DNA from: the human T2T-CHM13v2.0 reference genome, Homo sapiens
Reading direction: 5' to 3' (one strand)
Length of the DNA: 64,000 nt
Assembly (NCBI RefSeq): GCF_009914755.1
Contig: NC_060933.1
The notes beneath the pieces are model-generated. The model did no database searches, had not been told where the DNA came from, and saw only the letters and a program-made list of their open reading frames with translations. Each line of letters begins with the position of its first letter. Within the stretch, counting starts at the first letter, position 1. Position numbers and translations under genes: made by a program. Shown here one piece after another: positions 27,669 through 43,130 of this stretch.

Positions 27669-29120
27669 TCCATTCCGTTCCATTCCATTCCATTATATTC
27701 GGATTGATTCTATTCAACTCCCTTACTCTCCATTTCATTCCATTCCATTCGGGTTGTTCCATTCCATTCCATTCCATTCCACTCCATTCCATTGCACTCG
27801 GGTTGATTCCATTCCATTCCATTCCATTCCGGAAGATTCCATTCCATTGCATTCCATTCCATTCCATTCCCCTGCACTCGCGTTGATTCCATTCCATTCC
27901 ATTCTATTCCATTCCATTCCCTTCCTTTCCGTTCCATTCCATTCCATTCCATTCCATTCCATTCCATTCCGTTCCATTCCATTCCATTCCATTCTATTCG
28001 GATTAATTCCATTCCATTCCATTCGATTGCATTCGAGTTGATTCCATTCCATTCCATTCCATTCCATTCCATTCCATTCCTTTCCATTGCATTACGGATG
28101 ATTCCATTCCATTGCATTCCATTCCATTCCATTCCCCTATACTCGGGTTGATTCCATTCAATTCCATTCCAATCCATGCCACTCCACTCGTGTTGATTCC
28201 GTTCTTTCCATTCCATTCAAGTTGAATCCATTCCATTGCATTCCATTCCATTCGATTCCATTCGATTGCAGTCGGGTTGATTCCATTCCATTGCATTCCA
28301 TTCCATTCCATTCCATTCCATTCCATTCCATTCCATTCCGTTCCATTCCATTTCATTACATTCAGATTGATTCTATTCAATTCCCTTACACTCCATTATA
28401 TTCCAATCCATTCTGGTTGTCTCCATTCCATTCCATTCCATTTCACTCCATTCCATTGCACTCAGGTTGATTCCATTCCATTCCATTCCATTGCATTCTA
28501 TTCCATTCCATTCCGGATGATTCCATTCCATTGCATTCCATTCCATTCCATTCCCCTGCACTCGGGTTGATTCCATTCCATTCCATTACATTGCATTCCG
28601 TTCCATTCCATTCCATTCCATTCGGATTGATTCTGTTTAATTCCCTTACACTCCATTACATTCCATTCCATTCGGGTAGTTTCCATTCCATTCCATTCCA
28701 TTCCTCTCCATTCCATTGCACTCGGGTTGATTCCATTCCATTCCATTCCATTCCATTACATTACATTCCATTCCGTTCCATTGTACTCGGGTTGATTCCA
28801 TTCCATTGCATTCAATTCCATTCCATTCCATTCTATTTCATTCCATTCCGTTCCATTGCATTACATTCGGATTGATTCTATTCAACTCCCTTACTCTCCA
28901 TTACATTCCATTCCATTCGGGTTGTTCCATTCCATTCCATTCCATTCCACTCCATTCCATTGCGCTCGGGTTGATTCCATTCCATTCCATTCCATTCCAT
29001 TCCATTCCATTCCATTCCATTCCGGATGATTCCATTCCATTGCATTCCGTTCCATTACATTCCCCTGCACTCGGGTTGATTCCATTCCATTCCATTCCAT
29101 TCCATTCCATTCCATTCCAT
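27669..29120 (+). repeat. Copy B of the near-identical duplicated block (partner 1-1455)
   Basis: Same variants and pentamer counts as 1-1455. The match ends where 29121 continues TCCTATTCTTCCC and 1461 continues ATTGTACTCGGG. Confidence 0.9.
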
Positions 29121-32100
29121 TCCTATTCTTCCCATTCCATTCTATTCCGTACCATTCCATTCCAATCCATACAATTCCATTCCATTCCATTCCACTCCGT
29201 TCCGTTCCGTTCTGTTCCGTTCCATTCCATTCCATTCCATTCTATTCGGTTTAATTCCATTCCATTCCATTCCATTCCATTCTATTCCAATCCATTGCAA
29301 TCGAGTTGAATCCATTGCATTCCATTCCATTCCATTCCATTCCATTCCATTCCATTCCATTCCATTCCATTCCGGAAGATTCCATTCCATTGCATTCCAT
29401 TCCATTCCATTCCATTCCATTCCATTCCATTGTACTCGGGTTGATTCCATTCCATTGCATTCCATTCCATTCCATTCCATTCCATTCCATTCCATTCCAT
29501 TTCGTTCCATTCCATTCTATTCGGTATCATTCCATTACATTCCATTCCATTCCATTAAATTCCATTCCATTGCATTCCATTCCATTGTACTCGGGTTGAT
29601 TCCATTCCATTGCATTCCATTCCATTCCATTCCATTCCATTCCGTTGCATTCCATTCCATTATATTCGGATTGATTCTATTCAACTCCCTTACTCTCCAT
29701 TACATTCCATTCCATTCGGGTTGTTCCATTCCATTCCATTCCATTCCACTCCATTCCATTGCACTCGGGTTGATTCCATTCCATTCCATTCCATTCCATT
29801 CCGAATGATTCCATTCCATTGCATTCCGTTCCATTACATTCCCCTGCACTCGCGTTGATTCCATTCCATTCCATTCCATTCCATTCCATTCCATTCCTTT
29901 CCATTCCATTCCATTCCATTCCATTCCATTCCGTTCCGTTCCATTCCATTCCATTCCATTCTATTCGGGTTAATTCCATTCCATTCCATTCGATTGCAAT
30001 CGAGTTGATTCCATTCCATTCCATTCCATTCCATTCCATTCCAGTCCTTTCCATTCCTTTCCATTCCATTACTGATGATTCCATTCCATTGCATTCCATT
30101 CCATTCCATTCCCCTGTACTCGGGTTGATTCCATTCCATTCCATTCCAATCCATGCCATTCCACTCGTGTTGATTCCATTCTTTCCTTTCCATTCAAGTT
30201 GAATCCATTCCATTGCATTCCATTGCATTCGATTCCATTCGATTGCACTCGGGTTGATTCCATTCCATTGCATTCCATTTCATTCCATTCCATTCCATTC
30301 CGTTCCATTCCATTTCATTACATTCAGATTGATTCTTTTCAATTCCCTTACACTCCATAATATTCCAATCCATTCTGGTTGTTTCCATTCCGTTCCATTC
30401 CATTCCATTCCGTTCCGTTCCGTTCCGTTCCGTTCCGTTCCATTCCATTCCATTCCATTCCATTCCGTTCCGTTCCATTCCATTCCATTCCATTCTATTC
30501 GGATTAATTCCATTCCATTCCATTCGATTGCAATTGTGTTGATTCCATTCCATTCCATTCCATTCCATTCCATTCCATTCCATTCCTTTCCATTCCATTA
30601 CGGATGATTCCCTTCCATTGCATTCCATTCCATTCCATTCCCCTGTACTCGGGTTGATTCCATTCCATTGCATTCCAATTCATGCCCTTCCACTCGTGTT
30701 GATTCCATTCTTTCCATTCCATTCAAGTTGAATCCATTCTATTGCATTCCATTCCATTCGATTCCATTCGATTGCACTCGGGTTGATTCCATTCCATTGC
30801 ATTCCATTCCATTCCATTCCATTCCATTCCATTCCGTTCCTTTCCATTCCATTATATTCGGATTGAATCTATTCAATTCCCTTACACTCCATTACATTCC
30901 ATTCCATTCGGGTAGTTTCCATTCCATTCCATTCCATTCCTCTCCATTCCATTGCACTCGGGTTGATTCCATTCCATTGCATTCCATTCCATTCCATTCA
31001 ATTCCATTCCGTTCCATTCCATTCCATTACATTCGGATTGATTCTATTCAACTCCCTTACTCTCCATTACATTCCATTCCATTCGGGTTGTTCCATTCCA
31101 TTCCATTCCATTCCACTCCATTCCATTGCACTCGGGTTTATTCCACTCCATTCCATTCCATTCCATTCAATTCCATTCCATTCCGGAAGATTCCATTCCA
31201 TTGCATTCCATTCCATTCCATTCCCCTGCAATCGCGTTGATTCCATTCCATTCCATTCCATTCCATTCCATTCCATTCCATTCCTTTCCGTTCCATTCCA
31301 TTCCATTCCATTCCATTCCATTCCATTCCATTGCATTCCGTTCAGTTCCGTTCCGTTCCGTTCCATTCCATTCCATTCCATTCTATTCGGGTTAATTCCA
31401 TTCCATTCCATTCGATTGCAATCGAGTCAATTCCATTCCATTCCATTCCATTCCATTACATTCCATTCCATTCCATTCCATTCCATTACGGATGATTCCA
31501 TTCCATTGCATTCCATTCCATTCCATTCCCCTGTACTCGGGTTGATTCCATTCCATTCCATTCCAATCCATGCCATTCCACTCGTGTTGATTCCATTCTT
31601 TCCATTGCATTCAAGTTGAATCCATTCCATTGCATTCCATTCCATTCCATTCCCCTGCAGTCGGGTTGATTCCATTCCATTCCATTCCATTCCATTCCAT
31701 TCCATTCCATTCCGTTCCGTTCCATTCCATTGCATTCCTTTCTATTCGGGTTAATTCCATTCCATTCCATTCCATTCCATTCCATTTCAATCAAGTTGAT
31801 TCCATTCCATTCCATTCCAATCCATTCCATTCCATTCCATTCCATTCCACTCCATTCCAGTCCTTTCCATTCCATTCCACTCTGGTTGATTCCAATGTAT
31901 TCCTTTCCATTCCATTCCATTCCATTGCAATCGAGTTGATTCCATTGCTTTGCATTCCATTCCATTCCGGATGATTCCATTCCATTGTATTGCATTGCAT
32001 TCCATTCCCCTGCACTCGGGTTGATTCCATTCCATTCCACTCCATTCCGTTCCATTCCATTCCATTCCATTGTATTCGGGTTAATTCCATTCCATTCCAT

Positions 32101-35100
32101 TCCATTCCATTCCATTCCATTACAATCGAGTTTATTCCATTCCATTCCATTCCATTCCAGTCCTTTCCATTCCATTCCACTCGGGTTGATTCCATTCTGT
32201 TAGTTTCCATTCCATTCCATTCCCTTCCATTCCACTCTGGTTGATTCCATTCCTTTGCATTCCACTCGAATACATTCCCTCCTATTCCACTCGGAACGAT
32301 TCCATTCCATTCCATTCCATTCCATTCCATTCCATTCTATTTCGTTCCATTCCATTCAATTCCGTATCGTTCCATTCCATTCCATTCCATTCCATTCCAT
32401 TGTACTCGGGTTGATTCCATTCCATTGCATTCCATTCCATTCCATTCCATTCCTTTCCGTTGCATTCCATTCCATTACATTCGGATTGATTCTATTCAAC
32501 TCCCTTACTCTCCATTACATTCCATTCCATTCGGGTTGTTCCATTCCATTCCATTCCATTCCACTCCATTCCATTGCACTAGGGTTGATTCCATTCCATT
32601 CCATTCCATTCCATTCCGGATGATTCCATTCCATTGCATTCCGTTCCATTACATTCCCCTGCACTCGCGTTGATTCCATTCCATTCCATTCAATTCCATT
32701 CCATTACAATTCGTTCCATTCCATTCTATTCCGTACCATTCCATTCCATTCCATACCATTCCATTCCATTCCATTCCATTCCATTCCGTTCCATTCCGTT
32801 CCATTCCATTCCATTCCATTCCATTCCATTCCATTCCATTCTATTCCATTCCATTGCAATCGAGTTGAATCCATTGCATTTCATTCCATTCCATTCCATT
32901 CCATTCCATTCCATTCCATTCCGTTCCGTTCCATTCCATTCCATTCCATTCCATTCCATTCCGTTCCGTTCCATTCCATTCCATTCCATTCTATTCGGGT
33001 TAATTCCATTCCATTCCATTCGATTGCAATCGAGTTGATTCCATTCCATTCTATTCCATTCCATTCCATTCCATTCCCTTCCTTTCCATTCCATTACGGA
33101 TGATTCCATTCCATTGCATTCCATTCCATTCCATTCCCCTGTACTCGGGTTGATTCCATTCCATTCTATTCCAATCCATGCCATTCCACTCGTGTTGATT
33201 CCATTCTTTCCATTCCATTCAAGTTGAATCCATTCCATTGCATTCCATTCCATTCCATTCCCCTGAATTCGGGTTGATTCCATTCTATTCCATTCCATTC
33301 CATTCCATTCCATTCCATTCCGTTCCGTTCCATTCCATTCCATTCCATTCTATTCGGGTTAATTCCATTCCATTCCATTCCATTCCATTCCAATCGAGTT
33401 GATTCCATTCCATTCCATTCCATTCCATTCCACTCCATTCAAGTCCTTTCCATACCATTCCACTCGGGTTGATTCCAATGTATTCCTTTCCATTCCATTC
33501 CATTCCATTGCAATCGAGTTGATTCCATTGCTTTCCATTCCATTCCATTACATTCCATTCCGGATGATTCCATTACATTGCATTCCATTCCATTCCATTC
33601 CCCTGCACTCGGGTTGATTCCATTCCATTCCACTCCATTCCGTTCCATTCCATTCCATTCCATTGTATTCGGGTTAATTCCATTCCATTCCATTCCATTC
33701 CATTCCATTCCATTACAATCGAGTTGATTCCATTCCATTCCATTCCATTCCAGTCCTTTCCATTCCATTCCACTCGGGTTGATTCCATTCTATTAGTTTC
33801 CATTCCATTCCATTCCCTTCCATTCCACTCTGGTTGATACCATTCCTTTCCATTCCACTCGAATACATTCCCTCCTATTCCACTCGGAACGATTCCATTC
33901 CATTCCATTCCATTCCAATCCATTCCATTTCGTTCCATTCCATTCTATTCCGTATCATTCCATTCCATTCCATTCCATTCCATTCCATTCCATTCCATTC
34001 CTTTCCATTGTACTCGGGTTGATTCAATTCCATTGCATTCCATTCCATTCCATTCCATTCCATTACATTCCGTTTCATTCCATTCCATTACATTCGGATT
34101 GATTCTATTCAACTCCCTTACTCTCCATTACATTCCATTCCATTCGGGTTGTTCCATTCCATTCCATTCCATTCCACTCCATTCTATTGCACTTGGGTTG
34201 ATTCCATTCCATTCCATTCCATTCCATTCCATTCCGTTCCATTCCATTACATTCGGATTGATTCTATTCAACTCCCTTACTCTCCATTACATTCCATTCC
34301 ATTCGGGTTGTTCCATTCCATTCCATTCCATTCCACTCCATTCCATTGCGCTCGGGTTGATTCCATTCCATTCCATTCCATTCCATTCCATTCCGGATGA
34401 TTCCATTCCATTGCATTCCGTTCCATTACATTCCCCTGCACTCGGGTTGATTCCATTCCATTCCATTCCATTCCATTCGATTCCATTCCATTCCAATTCT
34501 TTCCATTCCATTCTATTCCGTAGCATTCCATTCCATTCCATACAATTCCATTCCATTCCATTCCACTCCGTTCCGTTCCGTTCCGTTCCGTTCTGTTCCG
34601 CTCCATTCCATTCCATTCCATTCTATTCGGTTTAATTCCATTCCATTCCATTCCATTCCATTCCATTCTATTCCATTCCATTGCAATCGAGTTGAATCCA
34701 GTGCATTCCATTCCATTCCATTCCATTCAATTCCGGAAGATTCCATTCCATTGCATTCCATTCCATTCCATTCCATTCCATTCCATTCCATTCCATTCCA
34801 TTCCATTGTACTCGGGTTGATTCCATTCCATTGCATTCCATTCCATTCCATTCCATTCCATTCCATTCCATTCCATTCCATTGCGTTCCATTCCATTCCA
34901 TTACATTCGGATTGATTCTTTTCAACTCCCTTACTCTCCATTACATTCAATTCCATTCGGGTTGTTCCATTCCATTCCTTTCCATTGCACTTCATTCCAT
35001 TGCACTCTGGTTGATTCCATTCCATTCCATTCCATTCCATTCCGGATGATTCCATTCCATTGCATTCCGTTCCATTCCATTCCATTCCATTCCGTTGCAT

Positions 35101-36719
35101 TCCATTCCATTACATTCGGATTGATTCTATTCAACTACCTTACTCTCCATTACATTCCATTCCATTCGGGTTGTTCCATTCCATTCCATTCCATTCCACT
35201 CCATTCCATTGCACTCGGGTTGATTCCATTCCATTCCATTCCATTCCATTCCATTCCATTCCATGCCATTCCGGATGATTCCATTCCATTGCATTCCGTT
35301 CCATTACATTCTCCTGCACTCGCGTTGATTCCATTCCATTCCATTCAATTCCATTCCATTACAATTCGTTCCATTCCATTCTATTCCGTACCATTCCATT
35401 CCATTCCATACCATTCCATTCCATTCCATTCCATTCCATTCCGTTCCATTCCGTTCCATTCCATTCCATTCCATTCTATTCGAATTAATTCCATTCCTTT
35501 CCATTCCATTCCATTCCATTCCGTTCCATTCCAATCGAGTTGATTCCATTCCATTCCATTCCATTCCATTCCATTCCACTCCATTCCAGTCCTTTCCATT
35601 CCATTCCACTCGGGTTGATTCCAATTTATTCCTTTCCATTCCATTCCATTCCATTGCAATCGAGTTGATTCCATTGCTTTGCATTCCATTCCATTCCATT
35701 CCATTCCGGATGATTCCATTCCATTGCATTCCATTCCATTCCATTCCCCTGCACTCGGGTTGATTCCATTCCATTCCACTCCATTCCGTTCCATTCCATT
35801 CCATTCCATTATATTTGGGTTAATTCCATTCCATTCCATTCCATTCCATTCCATTCCATTCCATTACAATCGAGTTGATTCCATTCCATTCCATTCCATT
35901 CCAGTCCTTTCCATTCCATTCCACTCGGGTTGATTCCATTCTATTAGTTTCCATTCCATTCCATTCCCTTCCATTCCACTCTGGTTGATACCATTCCTTT
36001 CCATTCCACTCGAATACATTCCCTCCTATTCCACTCGGAACGATTCCATTCCATTCCATTCCATTCCATTCCATTTCGTTCCATTCCAGTCTATTCCGTA
36101 TCATTCCATTCCATTCCATTCGATTCCATTCCATTCCATTCCATTCCATTCCATTCCATTCCATTGTACTCCGGTTGATTCAATTCCATTGCATTCCATT
36201 CCATTCCATTCCATTCCATTCCATTCCGGATGATTCCATTCCATTGCATTCCGTTCCATTACATTCCCCTGCACTCGCGTTGATTCCATTCCATTCCATT
36301 CAATTCCATTCCATTACAATTCGTTCCATTCCATTCTATTCCGTACCATTCCATTCCATTCCATAGCATTCCATTCCATTCCATTCCATTCCATTCCGTT
36401 CCATTCCGTTCCATTCCATTCCATTCCATTCTATTCGGATTAATTCCATTCCATTCCATTCCATTCTATTCCATTCCATTGCAATCGAGTTGAATCCATT
36501 GCATTTCATTCCATTCCATTCCATTCCATTCCATTCCATTCCATTCCATTCCATTCCGGAAGATTCCAATCCATTGCATTCCATTCCATTCCATTCCCCT
36601 GCACTCGCGTTGATTCCATTCCATTCCATTCCATTCCATTCCATTCCATTCCATTCCGTTCCGTTCCATTCCATTCCATTCCATTCCATTCCGTTCCGTT
36701 CCGTTCCATTCCATTCCAT

Positions 36720-39700
36720 TCCATTCTATTCGGGTTAATTCCATTCCATTCCATTCCATTCCATTCCAATCGAGTTGATTCCATTCCATTCCATTCCATT
36801 CCATTCCACTCCATTCCAGTCCTTTCCATTCCATTCCACTCGGGTTGATTCCAATGTATTCCTTTCCATTCCATTCCATTCCATTGCAATCCAGTTGATT
36901 CCATTGCTTTGCATTCCATTCCATTCCATTCCATTCCGGATGATTCCATTCCATTGCATTCCATTCCATTCCATTCCCTGCACTCGGGTTGATTCCATTC
37001 CATTCCACTCCATTCCGCTCCATTCCATTCCATTCCAATGTATTCGGGTTAATTCCATTCCATTCCATTCCATTCCATTCCATTCCATTACAATCGAGTT
37101 GATTCCATTCCATTCCATTCCATTCCAGTCCTTTCCATTCCATTCCACTCTTGTTGATTCCATTCTATTAGTTTCCATTCCATTCCATTCCCTTCCATTC
37201 CACTCTGGTTGATACCATTCCTTTCCATTCCACTCGAATACATTCCATCCTATTCCACTCGGAACGATTCCATTCCATTCCATTCCATTCCATTCCATTC
37301 CATTCCATTTCGTTCCATTCCATTCTATTCCGTATCATTCCATTCCATTCCATTCGATTCCATTCCATTCCATTCCATTCCATTCCATTCCATTGTACTC
37401 GGGTTGATTCAATTCCATTGCATTCCATTCCATTCCATTCCATTCCATTCCATTCCATTCCGTTGCATTCCATTCCATTACATTCGGATTGATTCTATAG
37501 AACTCCCTTACTCTCCGTTACATTCCATTGCACTCGGGTTGATTCAATTCCATTCCATTCCATTCCATTCCATTCCATTCCATTCCGGATGATTCCATTC
37601 CATTGCATTCCGTTCCATTACATTCCCTTGCACTCGCGTTGATTCCATTCCATTCCATTCCATTCCATTCAATTCCATTCCATTACAATTCGTTCCATTC
37701 CATTCTATTCCGTACCATTCCATTCCATTCCATACCATTCCATTCCATTCCATTCCATTCCATTCCGTTCCATTCCGTTCCATTCCATTCCATTCCATTC
37801 TATTCGGATTAATTCCATTCCATTCCATTCCATTCCATTCTATTCCATTCCATTGCAATCGAGTTGAATCCATTGCATTTCATTCCATTCCATTTCATTC
37901 CATTCCATTCCGGAAGATTCCATTCCATTACATTCCATTCCATTCCATTCCCCTACAGTCGCGTTGATTCCATTCCATTCCATTCCATTCCATTCCATTC
38001 CATTCCGTTCCTTTCCATTCCATTCCATTCCATTCCATTTCATTCCGTTCCGTTCCATTCCATTCCATTCCATTCCATTCTATTCGGGTTAATTCCATTC
38101 CATTCCATTCGATTGTAATCGAGTTGATTCCATTCCATTCCATTCCATTCCATTCCATTCCATTCCATTCCATTCCATTCCATTCCTTTCCATTCCATTA
38201 CGGATGATTCCATTCCATTGCATTCCATTCCATTCCATTCCCCTGTACTCGGGTTGATTCCATTCCATTCCATTCCAATCCATGCCATTCCACTCGTGTT
38301 GATTCCATTCTTTCCATTCCATTCAAGTTGAATCCATTCCATTGCATTCCATTCCATTCGATTCCATTCTATTGCACTCGGGTTGATTCAATTCCATTGC
38401 ATTCCATTCCATTCCATTCCGTTGCATTCCATTCCATTACATTCGGATTGATTCTATTCAACTCCCTTACTCTCCATTACATTCCATTCCATTCGGGTTG
38501 TTCCATTCCATTCCATTCCATTCCACTCCATTCCATTGCACTCGGGTTGATTCCATTCCATTCCATTCCATTCCATTCCATTCCGGATGATTCCATTCCA
38601 TTACATGCCGTTCCATTACATTCCCCTGCACTCGCGTTGATTCCATTCCATTCCATTCCATTCCATTCAATTCTATTCCATTACAATTCGTTCCATTCCA
38701 TTCTATTCCGTACCATTCCATTCCATTCCATACCATTCCATTCCATTCCATTCCATTCCATTCCATTCCATTCCGTTCCATTCCAATCCATTCCATTCTA
38801 TTCGGGTTAATTCCGTTCCATTCCATTCCATTCCATTCCATTCCATTCCATTCCATTCCATTCCATTCCATTCCATTCCATTCCATTCCATTCCATTGCA
38901 ATCGAGTTGAATCCATTGCATTTCATTCCATTCCATTCCATTCCATTCCATTCCATTCCATTCCGGAAGATTCCATTCCATTGCATTCCATTCCATTCCA
39001 TTCCCCTGCACTCGCGTTGATTCCATTCCATTCCATTCCATTCCATTCCATTAATTCCATTCCGTTCTGTTCCATTCCATTCCATTCCATTCCATTCCAT
39101 TCCTTTCCGTTCCATTCCATTCCACTCCATTCTATTCGGGTTAATTCCATTCCATTCCATTCGATTGCAATCGAGTTGATTCCATTCCATTCCATTCCAT
39201 TCCATTCCATTCCTTTCCATTCCATTACGGATGATTCCATTCCATTGCATTCCATTCCATTCCATTCCCCTGTACTCGGGTTGATTCCATTCCATTCCAT
39301 TCCAATCCACGCCATTCCACTCGTGTTGATTCCATTCTTTCCATTCCATTCAAGTTGAATCCATTCCATTGCATTCTATTCCATTCGATTCCATTCGATT
39401 GCACTCGGGTTGATTCCATTCCATTGCATTCCATTCCATTCCATTCCATTCCATTCCATTCCATTCCGTTCCGTTCCATTCCATTCCATTACATTCGGAT
39501 TGATTCTATTCAATTCCCTTACACTCCATTACATTCCATTCCATTCGGGTAGTTTCCATTCCATTCCATTCCATTCCTCTCCATTCCATTGCACTCGGGT
39601 TGATTCCATTCCATTGCATTCCATTCCATTCCATTCCATTCCATTCCTTTCCATTACATTCGGATTGATTCTATTCAACTCCCTTACTCTCCATTACATT

Positions 39701-42700
39701 CCATTCCATTCGGGTTGTTCCATTCCATTCCATTCCATTCCACTCCATTCCATTGCACTCGGGTTGATTCCATTCCATTCCATTCCATTCCATTCCATTC
39801 CATTCCAGTCGAGTTGATTCCATTCCATTCCATTCCATTCCATTCCACTCCATTCCAGTCCTTTCCATTCCATTCCACTCGGGTTGATTCCAATGTATTC
39901 CTTTCAATTCCATTCCATTCCATTGCAATCGAGTTGATTCCATTGCTTTGCATTCCATTCCATTCCATTCCATTCCGGATGATTCCATTCCATTGCATTC
40001 CATTCCATTCCATTCCCCTGCACTCGGGTTGATTCCATTCCATTCCACTCCATGCCGTTCCATTCCATTCCATTCCATTGTATTCGGGTTAATTCCATTC
40101 CATTCCATTCCATTCCATTCCATTCCATTCCATTCCATTCCATTCCATTACAATCGAGTTGATTCCATTCCATTCCATTCCATTCCAGTCCTTTCCATTC
40201 CATTCCACTCGGGTTGATTCCATTATATTAGTTTCCATTCCATTCCATTCCCTTCCATTCCACTCTTGTTGATACCATTCCTTTCCATTCCACTCGAATA
40301 CATTCCCTCCTATTCCACTCGGAACGATTCCATTCCATTCCATTCCATTCCATTCCATTCCATTTCGTTCCATTCCATTCTATTCCGTATCATTCCATTC
40401 CATTCCATTCCATTCCATTCCATTCCATTCCATTGTACTCAGGTTGATTCAATTCCATTGCATTCCATTCCATTCCATTCCATTCCATTCCATTCCGTTG
40501 CATTCCATTCCATTACATTCGGATTGATTCTATTCAACTCCCTTACTCTCCATTACATTCCATTCCATTCGTGTTGTTCCATTCCATTCCATTCCATTCC
40601 ACTCCATTCCATTGCACTCGGGTTGATTCCATTCCATTCCATTCCATTCCATTCCATTCCATTCCATTCCGTTGCGTTCCGTTCCGTTCCATTCCATTCC
40701 ATTCCATTCTATTCGGGTTAATTCCATTCCATTCCATTCCATTCCATTCCAATCGAGTTGATTCCATTCCATTCCATTCCATTCCACTCCATTCCAGTCC
40801 TTTCCATTCCATTCCACTCGGGTTGATTCCAATGTATTCCTTTCAATTCCATTCCATTCCATTGCAATCGAGATGATTCCATTGCTTTGCATTCCATTCC
40901 ATTCCATTCCATTCCGGATGATTCCATTCCATTGCATTCCATTCCATTCCATTCCCCTGCACTCGGGTTGATTCCATTCCATTCCACTCCATGCCGTTCC
41001 ATTCCATTCCATTCCATTGTATTCGGGTTAATTCCATTCCATTCCATTCCATTCCTTTCCATTCCATTCCATTCCATTCCATTACAATCGAGTTGATTCC
41101 ATTCCATTCCATTCCATTCCAGTCCTTTCCATTCCATTCCACTCGGGTTGATTCCATTCTATTAGTTTCCATTCCATTCCATTCCCTTCCTTTCCACTCT
41201 TGTTGATACCATTCCTTTCCATTCCACTCGAATACATTCCCTCCTATTCCACTCGGAACGATTCCATTCCATTCCATTCCATTCCATTCCATTCCATTTC
41301 GTTCCATTCCATTCTATTCCGTATCATTCCATTCCATTTCATTCCATTCCATTCCATTCCATTCCATTGTACTCAGGTTGATTCAATTCCATTGCATTCC
41401 ATTCCATTCCATTCCATTCCATTCCATTCCGTTGCATTGCATTCCATTACATTCGGATTGATTCTATTCAACTCCCTTACTCTCCATTACATTCCATTCC
41501 ATTCGTGTTGTTCCATTCCATTCCATTCCATTCCACTCCATTCCATTGCACTCGGGTTGATTCCATTCCATTCCATTCCATTCCATTCCATTCCATTCCA
41601 TTCCGGATGATTCCATTCCATTGCATTCCGTTCCATTACATTCCCCTGCACTCGCGTTGATTCCATTCCATTCCATTCAATTCCATTCCATTACAATTCG
41701 TTCCATTCCATTCTATTCCGTACCATTCCATTCCATTCCATACCATTCCATTCCATTCCATTCCATTCCATTCCGTTCCATTCCGTTCCATTCCATTCCA
41801 TTCCATTCTATTCGGATTAATTCCATTCCATTGCATTCCATTCCATTCTATTCCATTCCATTGCAATCGAGTTGAATCCATTGCATTTCATTCCATTCCA
41901 TTTCATTCCATTCCATTCCGGAAGATTCCATTCCATTCCATTCCATTCCATTCCATTCCCCTACAGTCGCGTTGATTCCATTCCATTCCATTCCATTCCA
42001 TTCCATTCCATTCCGTTCCGTTCCATTCCATTCCATTCCATTTCATTCCGTTCCGTTCCATTCCATTCCAATCCATTCCATTATATTCGGGTTAATTCCA
42101 TTCCATTCCATTAGATTGTAATCGAGTTGATTCCATTCCATTCCATTCCATTCCATTCCATTCCATTCCATTCCTTTCCATTCCATTACGGATGATTCCA
42201 TTCCATTGCATTCCATTCCATTCCATTCCCCTGTACTCGGGTTGATTCCATTCCATTCCATTCCAATCCATGCCATTGCACTCGTGTTGATTCCATTCTT
42301 TCCATTCCATTCAAGTTGAATCCATTCCATTGCATTCCATTCCATTCGATTCCATTCTATTGCACTCGGGTTGATTCAATTCCATTGCATTCCATTCCAT
42401 TCCATTCCGTTGCATTCCATTCCATTACATTCGGATTGATTCTATTCAACTCCCTTACTCTCCAGTACACTCCATTCCATTCGGGTTGTTCCATTCCATT
42501 CCATTCCATTCCACTCCATTCCATTGCACTTGGGTTGATTCCATTCCATTCCATTCCATTCCATTCCATTCCGGATGATTCCATTCCATTACATTCCGTT
42601 CCATTACATTCCCCTGCACTCTCGTTGATTCCATTCCATTCCATTCCATTCCATTCCATTCAATTCCATTCCATTACAATTCGTTCCATTCCATTCTATT

Positions 42701-43130
42701 CCGTACCATTCCATTCCGTTCCATACCATTCCATTCCATTCCATTCCATTCCGTTCCATTCCATTCCATTCCATTCTATTCGGGTTAATTCCATTCCATT
42801 CCATTCCATTCCATTCCATTCCGTTCCATTCCATTCCATTACATTCGGATTGATTCTATTCAATTCCCTTACACTCCATTACATTCCATTCCATTCGGGT
42901 AGTTTCCATTCCATTCCATTCCATTCCTCTCCATTCCATTGCACTCGGGTTGATTCCATTCCATTGCATTCCATTCCATTCCATTCCATTCCATTCCATT
43001 CCATTCCATTACATTACATTCGGATTGATTCTATTCAACTCCCTTACCCTCCATTACATTCCATTCCATTCGGGTTGTTCCATTCCATTCCATTCCATTC
43101 CACTCCAATCCACTGCACTCGGGTTGATTC
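36720..43130 (+). repeat. Imperfect tandem duplication, period ~4.0 kb, second copy internally shortened
   Basis: Paired ORFs at 37209/41200, 37603/41621, 37864/41872, 38328/42316 and 38467/42455. Private markers include CCCTACAGTCGCG (~37951/41959), GATTGTAATCGAG and TCTATTGCACTCGGGTTGATTCAA. Confidence 0.75.
39790..41560 (+). repeat. Two tandem copies of a ~935-bp unit overlapping the 4-kb duplication
   Basis: ORF offsets of 934-939 bp (39948/40887, 40266/41200, 40530/41464). Shared private variants are CTTTCAATTCC, CATGCCGTTCC, CTCTTGTTGATACC, TGTACTCAGGTTGATTCAA and ATTCGTGTTGTTCC. Confidence 0.85.

Noticed and set aside
38819-38893. Longest pure (CATTC)n run noticed, about 15 units, as a possible pathogenic-type expansion
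   Set aside because: It is short and within the normal variation of spacer lengths in this array.
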